From Candidatus Hadarchaeales archaeon (GTDB taxonomy: Archaea; Hadarchaeota; Hadarchaeia; Hadarchaeales; Hadarchaeaceae), in contig JAWBCC010000002.1 in the NCBI GenBank assembly GCA_038823825.1, positions 120,001 to 152,000 on the forward strand: a stretch of DNA of 32,000 nt, read 5' to 3'. Both the position numbers and the translations under genes were made by a program. The notes under the pieces were generated by a model. That model had not been told where the DNA came from. It saw nothing but the letters and a program-made list of their open reading frames with translations, and did no database searches. Of the stretch, positions 16,892-26,865 are shown piece by piece (the first letter of the stretch is position 1; each line of letters starts with the position of its first letter).

Positions 16892-17893
16892 TCATAGGTT
16901 TTGAGAGTTATGCCTAAAGTGCTCGAAACCTATTTTTGGCAATCTCTTGACCTTTCCTTCTTCGGAGATCCAAACACCTCTTCCCCTTACGGTTTTTCCG
17001 ACAATCGTGAATTTTCTGTTAGCTCTCTTAAACTTCCGCTCCAGTTCGGAAAGAGAGGATGGTTTTATGGTGAAAAGGAGTTCATAATCTTCACCTCCAA
17101 AGAGAGCGAAGTCGTACGGATCCTTTCCTATACTCTTTGAGTATTCTTTTACGAGCGAGCAAATTGGAAGTTTTTCTTTCTCAACGGTTATCCCGATCCC
17201 ACTCTCTTCAGCGATTTGCCAAAGATTGTACGCGAAGCCATCGCTGATATCGATCGCTGATGTAACTCCCTTGCATTTCCCCAATATGATCCCTTCCACA
17301 CACCTCGCCTCCGGTTCGAGCTGAGCTCTTATGAGCGGTTCGAATCTTTTTTCCTCAAGTTTTCTCCTGATCACATCCAGTCCGGCGGCCGCACTACCTA
17401 GCTCGCCAGTAACCCCCACAAGTTCACCAGGCCTAGCCCGATCTCTTGTAAGAATTTTTCCTTCAACTATTCCAAAAGCAAAACCGGCAATCGTTATATC
17501 TTCCCCTTTATCCACATCCCCACCAACCACGCAAGCTCCATACCTTCTGGCTTCTTTTTCCATCGACCTCATTATTCTCTCGACGGATGATAACTCAAAA
17601 TCTGCCGGCATGGCGATGGAGAAAAGGAGTGCGATCGGTCTAGCCCCAACCGCCGCGAGATCGCTAAAATTTATGACAACCGCTTTCTTCCCGATCTGTT
17701 CGGGGGTTGCGATCTGCGGAATGGAAGTTTTGCCGACAAACATGTCTGTGGTCATTGCAAAAAATTTTCCACCAATGGAAAGCACGGCCGCATCGTCTCC
17801 TATTCCAGTTACGACAATTTTACTTTTTGTGAAAATCTTTCTGGCAAGTCTTAGAACTGCGCTCTCTCCAACATCTTTCAGTCTTTTCGACAT
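16892..17893 (-). CDS. thiL: Thiamine-monophosphate kinase
   Basis: VVTGIGDDAAVLSIGGKFFAMTTDMFV, INFSDLAAVGARP, GGDVDKGEDITIAG, GVTSAIDISDGF, and FGGEDYELLF. Confidence 0.96.
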   Translation of the reverse strand: MSKRLKDVGESAVLRLARKIFTKSKIVVTGIGDDAAVLSIGGKFFAMTTDMFVGKTSIPQIATPEQIGKKAVVINFSDLAAVGARPIALLFSIAMPADFELSSVERIMRSMEKEARRYGACVVGGDVDKGEDITIAGFAFGIVEGKILTRDRARPGELVGVTGELGSAAAGLDVIRRKLEEKRFEPLIRAQLEPEARCVEGIILGKCKGVTSAIDISDGFAYNLWQIAEESGIGITVEKEKLPICSLVKEYSKSIGKDPYDFALFGGEDYELLFTIKPSSLSELERKFKRANRKFTIVGKTVRGRGVWISEEGKVKRLPKIGFEHFRHNSQNL

Positions 17894-17904
17894 ATTATCT
17901 CCGC

Positions 17905-18279
17905 TCAGAGGAGATGAAGTTTTCCTGTTACTCTGTCCAGAAGCTCAGATGGGGCGGGACCTATCCCTAGAGCCGTAATCGTTCCAGGGGGGATTTCTGT
18001 GAGTCCAGCATCGGATATGAGTTCGCTCGGGATTCTCAGAGCTTCTGCTTCTTTTTTCAGATTGCGTAGATCTTCCTCGTCATGAACTTTTAGTACGACC
18101 TTCTTCTGGCCCTCACTTATCCATTCCTTAAACCATTCTGGTTTTTCCATGCGAGTTCTTTCAGCAGCGGCAACGGCAGCGTGGGCAACTTGAGCTGCTA
18201 TTTTTCCCGGACTCATCGGGATGTCAACTCTGACTACTATCGCCTGTTTGAACTTGAACGCCTCCTTCATTTCCTCCAC
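17905..18279 (-). CDS. pth2: Peptidyl-tRNA hydrolase, Pth2 type
   Basis: FKQAIVVRVDIPMSPGKIAAQVAHAAVAAAE and ISDAGLTEIPPGTITALGIGPAP. Confidence 0.96.
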   Translation of the reverse strand: MEEMKEAFKFKQAIVVRVDIPMSPGKIAAQVAHAAVAAAERTRMEKPEWFKEWISEGQKKVVLKVHDEEDLRNLKKEAEALRIPSELISDAGLTEIPPGTITALGIGPAPSELLDRVTGKLHLL

Positions 18280-18598
18280 CGGTTGGAACCTCTGTAGGAG
18301 TTTTCTTTCTTTGTAGGAAACTCGGGATCTTTATCCCACCTCTTAAAAAGGCGAACAAGAAAAGAATCGCTCCAGCGATCGTCATAGCGATGAGAAATTG
18401 ACTCAGTACGAGTCTATGATATCTTGCCAAGATGTACGAGACCCAAGTTGAGAGCAGCAACCCCAACCCGATTCCACTTGCAATTCTCGTCGAAAGATCC
18501 ATCTGATTTTTGCCTGGAAAGAGCGCGATTGAGAAAAGAAGCCCCGGGATGATGACCGCAAGACAGCCCATCAGAGCGGTAAGGATTTGTACCGTCAT
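18224..18598 (-). CDS. Small multi-TM membrane protein of unknown function
   Basis: Three hydrophobic segments (ILTALMGCLAVIIPGLLFSIALF..., IASGIGLGLLLSTWVSYIL, LVLSQFLIAMTIAGAILFLFAFL), then a low-complexity tail overlapping pth2. Confidence 0.65.
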   Translation of the reverse strand: MTVQILTALMGCLAVIIPGLLFSIALFPGKNQMDLSTRIASGIGLGLLLSTWVSYILARYHRLVLSQFLIAMTIAGAILFLFAFLRGGIKIPSFLQRKKTPTEVPTGGGNEGGVQVQTGDSSQS

Positions 18599-18685
18599 TC
18601 TACTACCCCTTTAATTACCCTAGCCGACGCTAAAAGAATGTTGCTGAATGTCTTTTTAATCGATTTTCCTTAGACATTTAAGCAG

Positions 18686-19855
18686 ATGATCTATCCAGAT
18701 GTTCTAATAGTCGGAGCCGGTCCGTGCGGAAGTTTCCTCGCAAAAATCTTATCGGAGAAAGGACTTGAGGTCGTCGTCGTGGAGGAGCATCCACAGATAG
18801 GTCATCCTTCTTGCTGTGCTGGTATTGTGGGTATCCGAGGAATGAGGACACTTGGCATTAAAAAGGAGGATTGGGTTTTGGGAGAACTCAAAAGCGCCCA
18901 GTTTTTCTCATCTTCTGGTTTATCTTCAAAAATTGGGCGTGGAGGGAAAGAAGCTTGGGTGATCGACAGAGCCGCTTTTGACCGGTGGTTGGCTGAGGAG
19001 GCATTAAATGCGGGCGCAGAGTTCTATCTCTCGACGAGATGCATCGGGATCGATTGTTCGACTTCGAAAGTTAAACTCTCCGGTGTTTTTTCTGGATTTG
19101 CGAAACCTTCGATTATCATAGGCTCCGACGGTTTTTCTTCAATCGTTAGAAAATCTCTCGGGCTAGATTTTGGAGAGTTCACCTTTTGTGCTCAAATTGA
19201 AACAAAGGGTGAAATCGAGGAAGGAACTGCCGAGATATACCTTGGGCAGCGGTTTTCTCCGGGCTTTTTCGCTTGGGGAGTTCGAGCAGGCGATGTTTGC
19301 AGAATAGGACTTGGAACGACTTCTGGAAACCCGGTTAGATATCTGCGCAATCTCATCGCCAAACACCCAGGAATAGCTGGCAGAGTGAAACAGAAGGTCG
19401 TAGTGAGTGCCGGAGTCAAAGCCATCCCCAGAACTTTTCTATCATCTCCAGCCAGAGACAATTTTCTTCTGGTTGGAGATGCAGCCGGGCAGGTCAAACA
19501 GATTACCGGTGGAGGAATTTTTCTAGGGATGTTTTGCGCAAACATCGCAGCCCTCTCAATCCTCCGGGCTTTCGAGGAAGAAAAACCGAAAAAAGCTTCG
19601 AAATTTTACATCCAAATGTTCAGAAAAGAGCTTCTGAGCGAGTTGGAGGTCTCGAAGCTCGCCAGCCGTTTTCTCTTTAATCTTTCTGACAAAAAAATAG
19701 ACACATTGGTATCGCTTCTTGAAGATCAAATGTTTATAGGAATTGTTAAAAGCGCGTTTGATTTTGAATTTCACTCATCTCTGATCAAAGCCCTAATACC
19801 GGTTTTTCCAGAGATTCTAGGGAAGCTCAAGGTCCGCCGTAAGTCCCGCCTCTAA
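18686..19855 (+). CDS. Geranylgeranyl reductase-family FAD-dependent oxidoreductase
   Basis: VLIVGAGPCGSFLAKILSEKGLEVVVVEEH, CCAGIVG, IIGSDGFSSIVRK, and NFLLVGDAAGQVKQITGGGIFLGMF. Confidence 0.93.
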   Translation: MIYPDVLIVGAGPCGSFLAKILSEKGLEVVVVEEHPQIGHPSCCAGIVGIRGMRTLGIKKEDWVLGELKSAQFFSSSGLSSKIGRGGKEAWVIDRAAFDRWLAEEALNAGAEFYLSTRCIGIDCSTSKVKLSGVFSGFAKPSIIIGSDGFSSIVRKSLGLDFGEFTFCAQIETKGEIEEGTAEIYLGQRFSPGFFAWGVRAGDVCRIGLGTTSGNPVRYLRNLIAKHPGIAGRVKQKVVVSAGVKAIPRTFLSSPARDNFLLVGDAAGQVKQITGGGIFLGMFCANIAALSILRAFEEEKPKKASKFYIQMFRKELLSELEVSKLASRFLFNLSDKKIDTLVSLLEDQMFIGIVKSAFDFEFHSSLIKALIPVFPEILGKLKVRRKSRL

Positions 19856-19896
19856 TATAATAAGCCATCCATCGAACCGTTAATTTTGGGGGAGAA

Positions 19897-21045
19897 ATGC
19901 CCGCGAATCTTCCTCCAGAATATTTAAAAGTGGAACAGCAGTACGCGCAGGCGAAAACGCTGGAGGAAAAGATACGTTTAACAGAAGAACTCATAAGGCT
20001 AGCCCCCAAACACAAAGGTACAGAGAAACTGCTCAAGATGCTCAAGACGCGCTTGGCGAAACTCAGGGAAGAAGAGGAAAGGAGAAGGGCAAAGCGTGCC
20101 GGAAGGACGACTCTAACATTCGCTGTGAAGAAGGAAGGCGCGGCTCAGATAGTTCTCTTAGGATTTCCGAATTCTGGAAAGTCTACAGTTCTGCGGCTCT
20201 TAACTTCAGCCAAACCTGAGGTGGCTGAGTATCCTTTTACTACCACACGTCCGGAGCCAGGAATGATGGAGTTTGAGGATGTTCAAGTTCAGCTCGTTGA
20301 GGCTCCAGCCATCATCGAGGGTTCGGCTGAAGGTAGGGGTCTTGGACCAGCTCCATTGAGTTTGGCCAGAACGGCGGATGCTATTGCGCTGGTTATAGAT
20401 CTGTCTGAAGATCCTGTTCTTCAACTTAGAGTCCTTCTTGAAGAATTAGAAAAAATTAGAGTGAAAGTAAACGAACGTCCACCCGCAATCTCGTTCGAGC
20501 CCAAATCTTCAGGGGGCATAGAAATCAGGGGAGCAGAGCTCGTTGCAGGTGGAGAAAAAGCCGTTAAGAGGCTCCTCCAAGAAATGAGAATACACAACGC
20601 TTCGATAATAATTCGCGAACCTGTTTCCATCGAGCTGCTTCGTGACGTGATCAGAGGAGGTATTGTTTTTAAACCGGCTTTTATTTTGGCCACAAAATCG
20701 GATTCTCCACGTGCCTTGGAAAACTTGCGCCTCCTTCAGACGGAGATACCCGAGGGTTTTCGTGTGATTTTAGTCGGAAACGACATCGCAAACCTGAAGA
20801 AAGAAATATTCAAATCACTGCGGGTGATTAGAATCTACACAAAACCCCCCGACGGCCAGCCGTCCAAAAAGCCACTTGTTCTGAACGAGGGTGCGACGGT
20901 TTTAGACGTTGCCAGAGCTGTACACAAAGATTTTGAGAAAAATCTGAAATTTGCGAGGGTCTGGGGATCAACCAAATTCCCAGGTCAGCAAGTCTCCCGC
21001 GAATACGTTTTGAAAGACGGAGACATTGTAGAACTACACATTTGA
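19897..21045 (+). CDS. OBG/DRG-family GTPase with C-terminal TGS domain
   Basis: VLLGFPNSGKSTVLRLLTSAKPEVAEYPFTTTRPEPG, VEAPAIIEGSAEGRGLG, and TGS region VLNEGATVLDVARAVHKDFEKNLKFARVWGSTKFPGQQV. Confidence 0.95.
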   Translation: MPANLPPEYLKVEQQYAQAKTLEEKIRLTEELIRLAPKHKGTEKLLKMLKTRLAKLREEEERRRAKRAGRTTLTFAVKKEGAAQIVLLGFPNSGKSTVLRLLTSAKPEVAEYPFTTTRPEPGMMEFEDVQVQLVEAPAIIEGSAEGRGLGPAPLSLARTADAIALVIDLSEDPVLQLRVLLEELEKIRVKVNERPPAISFEPKSSGGIEIRGAELVAGGEKAVKRLLQEMRIHNASIIIREPVSIELLRDVIRGGIVFKPAFILATKSDSPRALENLRLLQTEIPEGFRVILVGNDIANLKKEIFKSLRVIRIYTKPPDGQPSKKPLVLNEGATVLDVARAVHKDFEKNLKFARVWGSTKFPGQQVSREYVLKDGDIVELHI

Positions 21046-21052
21046 GAAAAAC

Positions 21053-21709
21053 CTAATCTCCTTTCAGGAACCTCGCTATCTTCGTCGCGGCAGATTTGTA
21101 TCCGATTATCGTGACCAAATCCCCAGGTTGAATGGTGGTATCGCCTTTTGGGATTATGAGTTCATCGCCCCTCGATATCGTCGCGACCACGACGTCCTTA
21201 AGCTTGAGCTCAGAAAGTGTCTTACCAACGGCTTTCGAGTTAGGGCCGACCTTAACCTCTATGACTTCGCCTTTTCCACCCCCCACGCTTAGCAGACCGT
21301 AAACTCCAGCACCGCCCAAAAGAACTTTCTCAAAGAGCATGCTGAGTGTTGTTGGAATGCTTACCGCAACGTCTATTCCAATTGACTCAAACATCTGCGC
21401 ATGAGCATCGTCGTTGACCCTTGCTATAACCGTCGGTACTCCTTGCTTTTTTGCGATTTCGCATGCCATCAGGTTCACCTCATCCGCATCCGTCAGCGCC
21501 ACCAGAGCATCAGCTTTCTCGAGTCCAGCATCTTTCAGTACTTTTAGTTCCGCTCCGTTTCCGTGAATAACAAGAGTATTCAGTCTACTGGCTAGTTCAT
21601 GAGCTCTTTTTTCGTCCTTCTCGATTATGACGACGTTGTGTCCTCGCTCGCTAAGCCTCTGGGCAAGGGCGGATCCCGTCCGACCTCCCCCAACTATTAT
21701 GATATACAT
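21053..21709 (-). CDS. TrkA-family potassium uptake regulatory protein (RCK N + C domains)
   Basis: [48 protein letters not shown], and TrkA_C segment [43 protein letters not shown]. Confidence 0.95.
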   Translation of the reverse strand: MYIIIVGGGRTGSALAQRLSERGHNVVIIEKDEKRAHELASRLNTLVIHGNGAELKVLKDAGLEKADALVALTDADEVNLMACEIAKKQGVPTVIARVNDDAHAQMFESIGIDVAVSIPTTLSMLFEKVLLGGAGVYGLLSVGGGKGEVIEVKVGPNSKAVGKTLSELKLKDVVVATISRGDELIIPKGDTTIQPGDLVTIIGYKSAATKIARFLKGD

Positions 21710-21775
21710 CTGAATTCCACAACTTTATCGACTCCCTTTTTAAAGAGAATGTCACTCTTACATAGTGGTGGAGAT

Positions 21776-22312
21776 ATGCCGCTCAGACCTGGTAAGACAT
21801 ACAGATACTTTAGCGGACCTGCGTATACGAGAAAGGAATTCGTAAAAGGAGTTCCTCAGCCAAGGGTGACTTTTTTCGATATGGGGAATCCTTCGGGAGA
21901 TTTTCCCGTAGAGATGTCTCTGATAACTCTTGAGAACGGACAAATAAGGCACAACGCACTTGAGGCTGCAAGGGTCGCTGCGAACAGACTTTTAGAAAAG
22001 GAGATTGGTAAAGAAAGATATCATCTAAAGCTCAGAGTGTACCCTCACCACGTTTTACGTGAAAATCCAATGGCTGCTGGAGCGGGTGCGGATAGAATAT
22101 CTGACGGAATGAGGCTAGCTTTTGGGAAGCCAATCGGAACGGCGGCAAGAGTAACGACCGGTCAGAAAATAATGACGGTTAGAGTAGGTGTAGAACACTT
22201 CCCATTAGCCAAGGAGGCTCTTCGCAGAGCTTCCATGAAGATACCAATGCCTACCAGGATCATCATTGAAAAGGGACAGGACCTGGTGCAGAAGGCTGGA
22301 CAAGGAATTTGA
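21776..22312 (+). CDS. rpl10e: Ribosomal protein L10e (uL16 family)
   Basis: [67 protein letters not shown] at 21776; the track ORF is over-extended. Confidence 0.96.
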   Translation: MPLRPGKTYRYFSGPAYTRKEFVKGVPQPRVTFFDMGNPSGDFPVEMSLITLENGQIRHNALEAARVAANRLLEKEIGKERYHLKLRVYPHHVLRENPMAAGAGADRISDGMRLAFGKPIGTAARVTTGQKIMTVRVGVEHFPLAKEALRRASMKIPMPTRIIIEKGQDLVQKAGQGI

Positions 22313-22357
22313 TCGGTCGTCCACCTGAATGTTATTGTTAGACAATCTTTCCTTGCA

Positions 22358-23236
22358 TTATTTTTTGGAGCCCAAAACTGCTAAGATCTCGTAGATTATT
22401 CTAGCAGCAACGAACGCTGTATTTCCGTTATCATATTGAGGAACCAGTTCGACAACGTCGACTCCTACCAGTTTCATCTCGGCTATCTTTCGTACAATTT
22501 TTAAAATCTCGGCGGTTGAAAGTCCAGAGGGTTCAGGAGTAGCCACAGCCGGGGCGAAGGCCGGATCCAGAACATCGAGATCTATTGTCAGGTAAACGCT
22601 TTCACTGCCAATCAGGTCTCTGATCTCTCTCATAACCCCATCCAAATTTGTAGAAATGTCCTCTGAGGTATATGCCCGGATTCGCGTTTTTCTTAACCAC
22701 TCCTCCTCTTCTTTTGACCAAGATCTGACTCCAAGCTGTATGACCTTTTCCGCAGGAACTCGATCGAGAATCCTCCGCATAACCGTCGCATGGCATATTT
22801 TATCGCCGAGGTATTCCTCCCTCAGATCCCTGTGGGCGTCAAGTTGGACGATGAATACATCATCGAATGCCACAGTTGAGAAAACCGTGAGAGTATGCTC
22901 CCCACCTAGCAGGAACGGAAACTTTCCATCTCTTCTGATCTTTCTAACGATTTTTTCGATTTTTTGCCCTGTGGTAACGATATCCGTCTGGGTTACCACA
23001 ATATCCCCCAAGTCGGAGATGTTGAGGGCTTCGAAAACATCTATGCCGATGGATGTGACAAAGGTCTCAAGATTTGCCGAAGCTTCTCTTATTTTTGCAG
23101 GCGCAAACCTATACCCCGACCTGTAGCTAGAGGTTAAGTCAAGCGGAACACCAACGAAAACAACATCCGCTTTTTCATAAGGAAAATCGAAACCACCGAA
23201 CCCTGGTAAAACCTTTATGATTTCTGACGGTTCCAT
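22358..23236 (-). CDS. Agmatinase / ureohydrolase family protein
   Basis: FLLGGEHTLT, VQLDAHRDL, TIDLDVLDPAFAPAVATPEPSGLS, and DVVELVPQYDNGNTA. Start at MEPSEIIKVLPGFGG, not the longer track ORF. Confidence 0.93.
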   Translation of the reverse strand: MEPSEIIKVLPGFGGFDFPYEKADVVFVGVPLDLTSSYRSGYRFAPAKIREASANLETFVTSIGIDVFEALNISDLGDIVVTQTDIVTTGQKIEKIVRKIRRDGKFPFLLGGEHTLTVFSTVAFDDVFIVQLDAHRDLREEYLGDKICHATVMRRILDRVPAEKVIQLGVRSWSKEEEEWLRKTRIRAYTSEDISTNLDGVMREIRDLIGSESVYLTIDLDVLDPAFAPAVATPEPSGLSTAEILKIVRKIAEMKLVGVDVVELVPQYDNGNTAFVAARIIYEILAVLGSKK

Positions 23237-23304
23237 TTTCTCCCTCCTAAATTGTGTTAACAAAAGGTTAAATATCCCTTCAATATCCAAATAGTAAAGA
23301 GAAC

Positions 23305-25974
23305 ATGGACAGTAACAAGAGTTTGTATTTCTTCGATGAAGGAGACCCGACGAACAAGAGGCTCCTAGGTGGCAAAGGAGCCGGTCTCTGCATGATGACT
23401 CAACTTGGTCTTCCGGTTCCACCTGGCTTTGTGATAACAACGGACGTCTGTAAAAAGTACTACGAGCTTGGAGGAAAGCTCCCGGATGGGCTGATGGATG
23501 AAGTGCGAAAAGCGATGCAGAGACTTGAGAAAATGACGGGTAAAAGCTTTGGTGATAAGTCAAATCCTCTTCTCGTTTCCGTTCGCTCGGGCTCCATGCT
23601 TTCCATGCCGGGCATGATGGACACAATCCTGAATTTGGGCCTGAACGATGAGACGATGGAAGGACTAGCGAGGCTTACGGGAAATCGGAGGTTTGCTCTA
23701 GATGCGTATAGACGCTTCCTCCAGATGTTTGGGAGGATAGTGCTCAGGGTAAGTGGTGAAAAGTTTGACAAAGTTTTTGAGCAGTGGAAGGAAAGAGTCG
23801 GCGCGAAGAAAGATACAGATTTGACGGCAGAACATCTGGAGAAAATCGTCGAAGACTTCAAGAGAATAATTCGAGAGGAGAAAGGAGAAGATTTTCCAGC
23901 AGACCCATGGAAGCAATTAGAGCTTGCCATCGAGGCGGTTTTCAAATCTTGGAATAACAAGAGGGCGATAGAATACAGAAATTACTACAAGATTCCCCAC
24001 GATCTGGGAACGGCAGTTAACATAGTGACGATGGTTTTCGGGAACATTGGTGACGACAGCGGTACTGGTGTGATGTTCACGCGTAATCCTTCTACTGGTG
24101 AGAAGGAGCTTTACGGAGAGTTTCTCTTCAACGCGCAGGGCGAGGACGTTGTAGCCGGGATAAGAACGCCCATGAAAATATCCGAGCTAAAGGAGAAATG
24201 GCCAGAGATCTACGAACAGCTCGTAGATGTCGCCGAAAGGCTTGAACGCCACTATAAGGATATGCAAGACATCGAGTTCACGGTGGAGAAGGGAAAACTG
24301 TATCTTCTCCAGACTAGGACTGGAAAGAGAACAGCGCAGGCAGCAGTTAAAATCGCTGTCGATATGGTTGAGGAAGGGATAATCAGAAAGGAGGAAGCTA
24401 TTCTCAGAATAGAACCATCCCAGGTGGAGCAACTCCTTCACAAGCAGATAGACCCAGAAGCAAAAGTGAAGGTCATCGCCAAGGGGCTTAACGCGAGTCC
24501 GGGCGCGGCTGTTGGTAAAGTTGTTTTTGACTCAGAGAAAGCGAAAGAACTTGGATCTAAAGGGGAGAAAGTCATTCTTGTTAGGCCGGAGACCAGCCCG
24601 GACGACGTCGGTGGAATAATCGCCTCGCAGGGCGTTCTCACTTCACGAGGGGGCATGACTTCTCACGCTGCTGTAGTCACAAGAGGTCTTGGAAAACCGG
24701 CCGTGGTTGGTTGTGAAGAGATAAAGATAGACCTTGAATTGGGCCAGTTCGAAGCACCCGGCGGAATAATCGTAAAGGAAGGAGACATCATTACAATCAA
24801 CGGATCCACTGGAGAGGTAATCTTAGGAGAAGCTCCGTTGATAGAACCGCGACTCTCTCCAGAACTTAAAAAGCTGTTGAACTGGTGTGATGAAGTAAAG
24901 AGACTGGAAAACTGGGCGAATGCGGACTATCCGAGAGATGCCAAGCTCGCGAGAGAAATGGGTGCGCAGGGTATAGGTCTTTGTCGTACCGAGCATATGT
25001 TTTTCGAAGAGGAAAGGCTTCCGATTTTCAGAATGGTTATTTTGGAGGATAACGCCGAGAAACGTAGGGAATTGCTCGCAAAGATTAAGGAATTCCAGAA
25101 GAGTGATTTCAAAGAGATTTTGAGAATAATGGACGGACTACCAGTGGTTATAAGACTCCTCGATCCACCTCTGCACGAATTCTTGCCAAGATATGAGAAG
25201 CTTTTGGAAGAAGTTTTGGAAATGAAAATAAGAGGAGAAAAGAGCAGCGAACTCGAGGAGAAGGAACATCTTTTGCGCAGGGTAGAGGAGATGCGTGACC
25301 AGAACCCCATGCTGGGATTGAGAGGATGCAGACTCGGGATCACACATCCGGAAATAAATGAGATGCAAGTGAGAGCAATTTTCGAGGCGGCATGTGAGCT
25401 CAAGCGCGAGGGATACAACCCGAAGCCAGAAATAATGATTCCTTTGGTTGCGCATGCCAACGAGCTGAAGGTCGTGAGGGAACAACTCGAAAGTGTGGCG
25501 AAGGAGGTTATGAAAGAGTACGGGGTTGAGGTTCATTACAAGTTTGGAACGATGATCGAAGTTCCGAGAGCAGCTCTGACGGCAGATGAAATCGCCGAGT
25601 GGGCGGAATTCTTCTCATTTGGAACAAATGACCTGACTCAGATGACATTTGCCTTTTCGAGGGATGATGTAGAGCACAAATTCCTTTTCTTGTACATAGA
25701 GAAGAAGATTCTCCCCAAAGATCCATTCCAGACGTTAGACATCGAGGGTGTTGGGAAGCTGATAAAGATGGGTGTAGAATTAGGGAAGAAAAAGAGACCA
25801 GATCTGGTTGTGGGGATATGCGGCGAACATGGCGGAGATCCGGATTCCATCAGATTTTGTCATGAGGTCGGGCTAAACTATGTTTCCTGCTCACCGTACA
25901 GAATTCCTGTTGCAAGACTCGCCGCTGCTCAAGCCGCTCTTAAAGCTGGTCCAGAAAGGGAGAGGTATCTGTAG
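23305..25974 (+). CDS. ppdK: Pyruvate, phosphate dikinase
   Basis: YFFDEGDPTNKRLLGGKGAGLCMMTQLGLPVPPGFVITT, catalytic-His loop GGMTSHAAVVTRGLGKPAVVG, FGTNDLTQMTF, GICGEHGGDPDS. Confidence 0.97.
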   Translation: MDSNKSLYFFDEGDPTNKRLLGGKGAGLCMMTQLGLPVPPGFVITTDVCKKYYELGGKLPDGLMDEVRKAMQRLEKMTGKSFGDKSNPLLVSVRSGSMLSMPGMMDTILNLGLNDETMEGLARLTGNRRFALDAYRRFLQMFGRIVLRVSGEKFDKVFEQWKERVGAKKDTDLTAEHLEKIVEDFKRIIREEKGEDFPADPWKQLELAIEAVFKSWNNKRAIEYRNYYKIPHDLGTAVNIVTMVFGNIGDDSGTGVMFTRNPSTGEKELYGEFLFNAQGEDVVAGIRTPMKISELKEKWPEIYEQLVDVAERLERHYKDMQDIEFTVEKGKLYLLQTRTGKRTAQAAVKIAVDMVEEGIIRKEEAILRIEPSQVEQLLHKQIDPEAKVKVIAKGLNASPGAAVGKVVFDSEKAKELGSKGEKVILVRPETSPDDVGGIIASQGVLTSRGGMTSHAAVVTRGLGKPAVVGCEEIKIDLELGQFEAPGGIIVKEGDIITINGSTGEVILGEAPLIEPRLSPELKKLLNWCDEVKRLENWANADYPRDAKLAREMGAQGIGLCRTEHMFFEEERLPIFRMVILEDNAEKRRELLAKIKEFQKSDFKEILRIMDGLPVVIRLLDPPLHEFLPRYEKLLEEVLEMKIRGEKSSELEEKEHLLRRVEEMRDQNPMLGLRGCRLGITHPEINEMQVRAIFEAACELKREGYNPKPEIMIPLVAHANELKVVREQLESVAKEVMKEYGVEVHYKFGTMIEVPRAALTADEIAEWAEFFSFGTNDLTQMTFAFSRDDVEHKFLFLYIEKKILPKDPFQTLDIEGVGKLIKMGVELGKKKRPDLVVGICGEHGGDPDSIRFCHEVGLNYVSCSPYRIPVARLAAAQAALKAGPERERYL

Positions 25975-26013
25975 AGGAAAATTATTTTTCCAGAAGGCAC
26001 AGATTATTGAGTA

Positions 26014-26820
26014 GTGATAGAAAGAATCCCGCTAGCTAGGCTCCTAGGCATACCAAAAATTAGAGAAATCCTGAACAGACTTTACGAGCAGCAGCTACTC
26101 GGAGAGATAAGAGAGAACGGAAATCTTCCGAAACATATAGCGATAATTCTTGATGGGAATAGACGGTTTGCAAAGAAACTCGGATTTCCACCAACCGAAG
26201 GTCACAAGTTTGGAGCAAAGAAATTAGAAGAAGTTCTTGACTGGTGTAGAGAATTAGGCATTCGGTACGTCACCGTTTATGCGTTCTCTACAGAAAACTT
26301 CCAGAGATCTCGGGAAGAAGTGGAAAAGCTGATGGATCTGTTTGCGGAAAAATTCGAGAGAGTGGCACGCGATGAAAGAACAAGACAATACAACGTTAGA
26401 GTAAAGGTGATAGGAGAAATAGAAATGCTTCCACCGCATGTTCAAGATGCGATAAAGAAAGCTGAGGATGCCACCCGAGATAACGATGGTTATATTCTGA
26501 ATGTCGCCGTTGGTTATGGCGGTAGAAAGGAGCTCGCACGGGCCGTTAGGCGCATATGCGAATGTATTGAGAGAGGAGAGCTACGAGCTGAAGACGTTTC
26601 AGAAGATCTTATAGAGAAACACCTCTACACCGCCGGGCTTCCAGATCCAGATCTGATAATAAGGACGAGCGGGGAGGAAAGGCTGAGCGGCTTTCTGCTT
26701 TGGCAGTCGGCCTACTCCGAACTTTACTTCTGTGAAGCAGATTGGCCAGCTTTCAGCAAGCTGGATTTTTTGAGAGCCATTCGAAACTATCAAAGCAGAC
26801 AGAGGAGATTTGGGTGCTGA
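26014..26820 (+). CDS. uppS: Cis-polyprenyl diphosphate synthase (UppS family, GTG start)
   Basis: HIAIILDGNRRFAKKLG, YAFSTENFQRSREEV, PDPDLIIRTSGEERLSGFLLWQSAYSELYFCEADWPAF. Confidence 0.96.
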   Translation: MIERIPLARLLGIPKIREILNRLYEQQLLGEIRENGNLPKHIAIILDGNRRFAKKLGFPPTEGHKFGAKKLEEVLDWCRELGIRYVTVYAFSTENFQRSREEVEKLMDLFAEKFERVARDERTRQYNVRVKVIGEIEMLPPHVQDAIKKAEDATRDNDGYILNVAVGYGGRKELARAVRRICECIERGELRAEDVSEDLIEKHLYTAGLPDPDLIIRTSGEERLSGFLLWQSAYSELYFCEADWPAFSKLDFLRAIRNYQSRQRRFGC

Positions 26821-26865
26821 CTGGGAATGGTTTTAACTTTGTCGATTGACTATGTTTAGAAGCAT

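Noticed and set aside
21599-21775. Upstream extension of the ribosomal protein L10e ORF
   Set aside because: L10e proteins begin MxxRPxxxYR. The matching ATG is 21776, and the extension is antisense to trkA.
22334-22346. Inverted repeat ATTGT-TAG-ACAAT between rpl10e and the agmatinase gene
   Set aside because: The stem is only 5 bp and AT-rich. It could be a chance hairpin, and no terminator U-tract follows it directly.
23237-23626. N-terminal extension of the agmatinase ORF in the track (starts at 23626)
   Set aside because: It is antisense to the ppdK start, and ureohydrolase homology begins at MEPSEIIKVLPG (23236). The extension is low-complexity shadow sequence.
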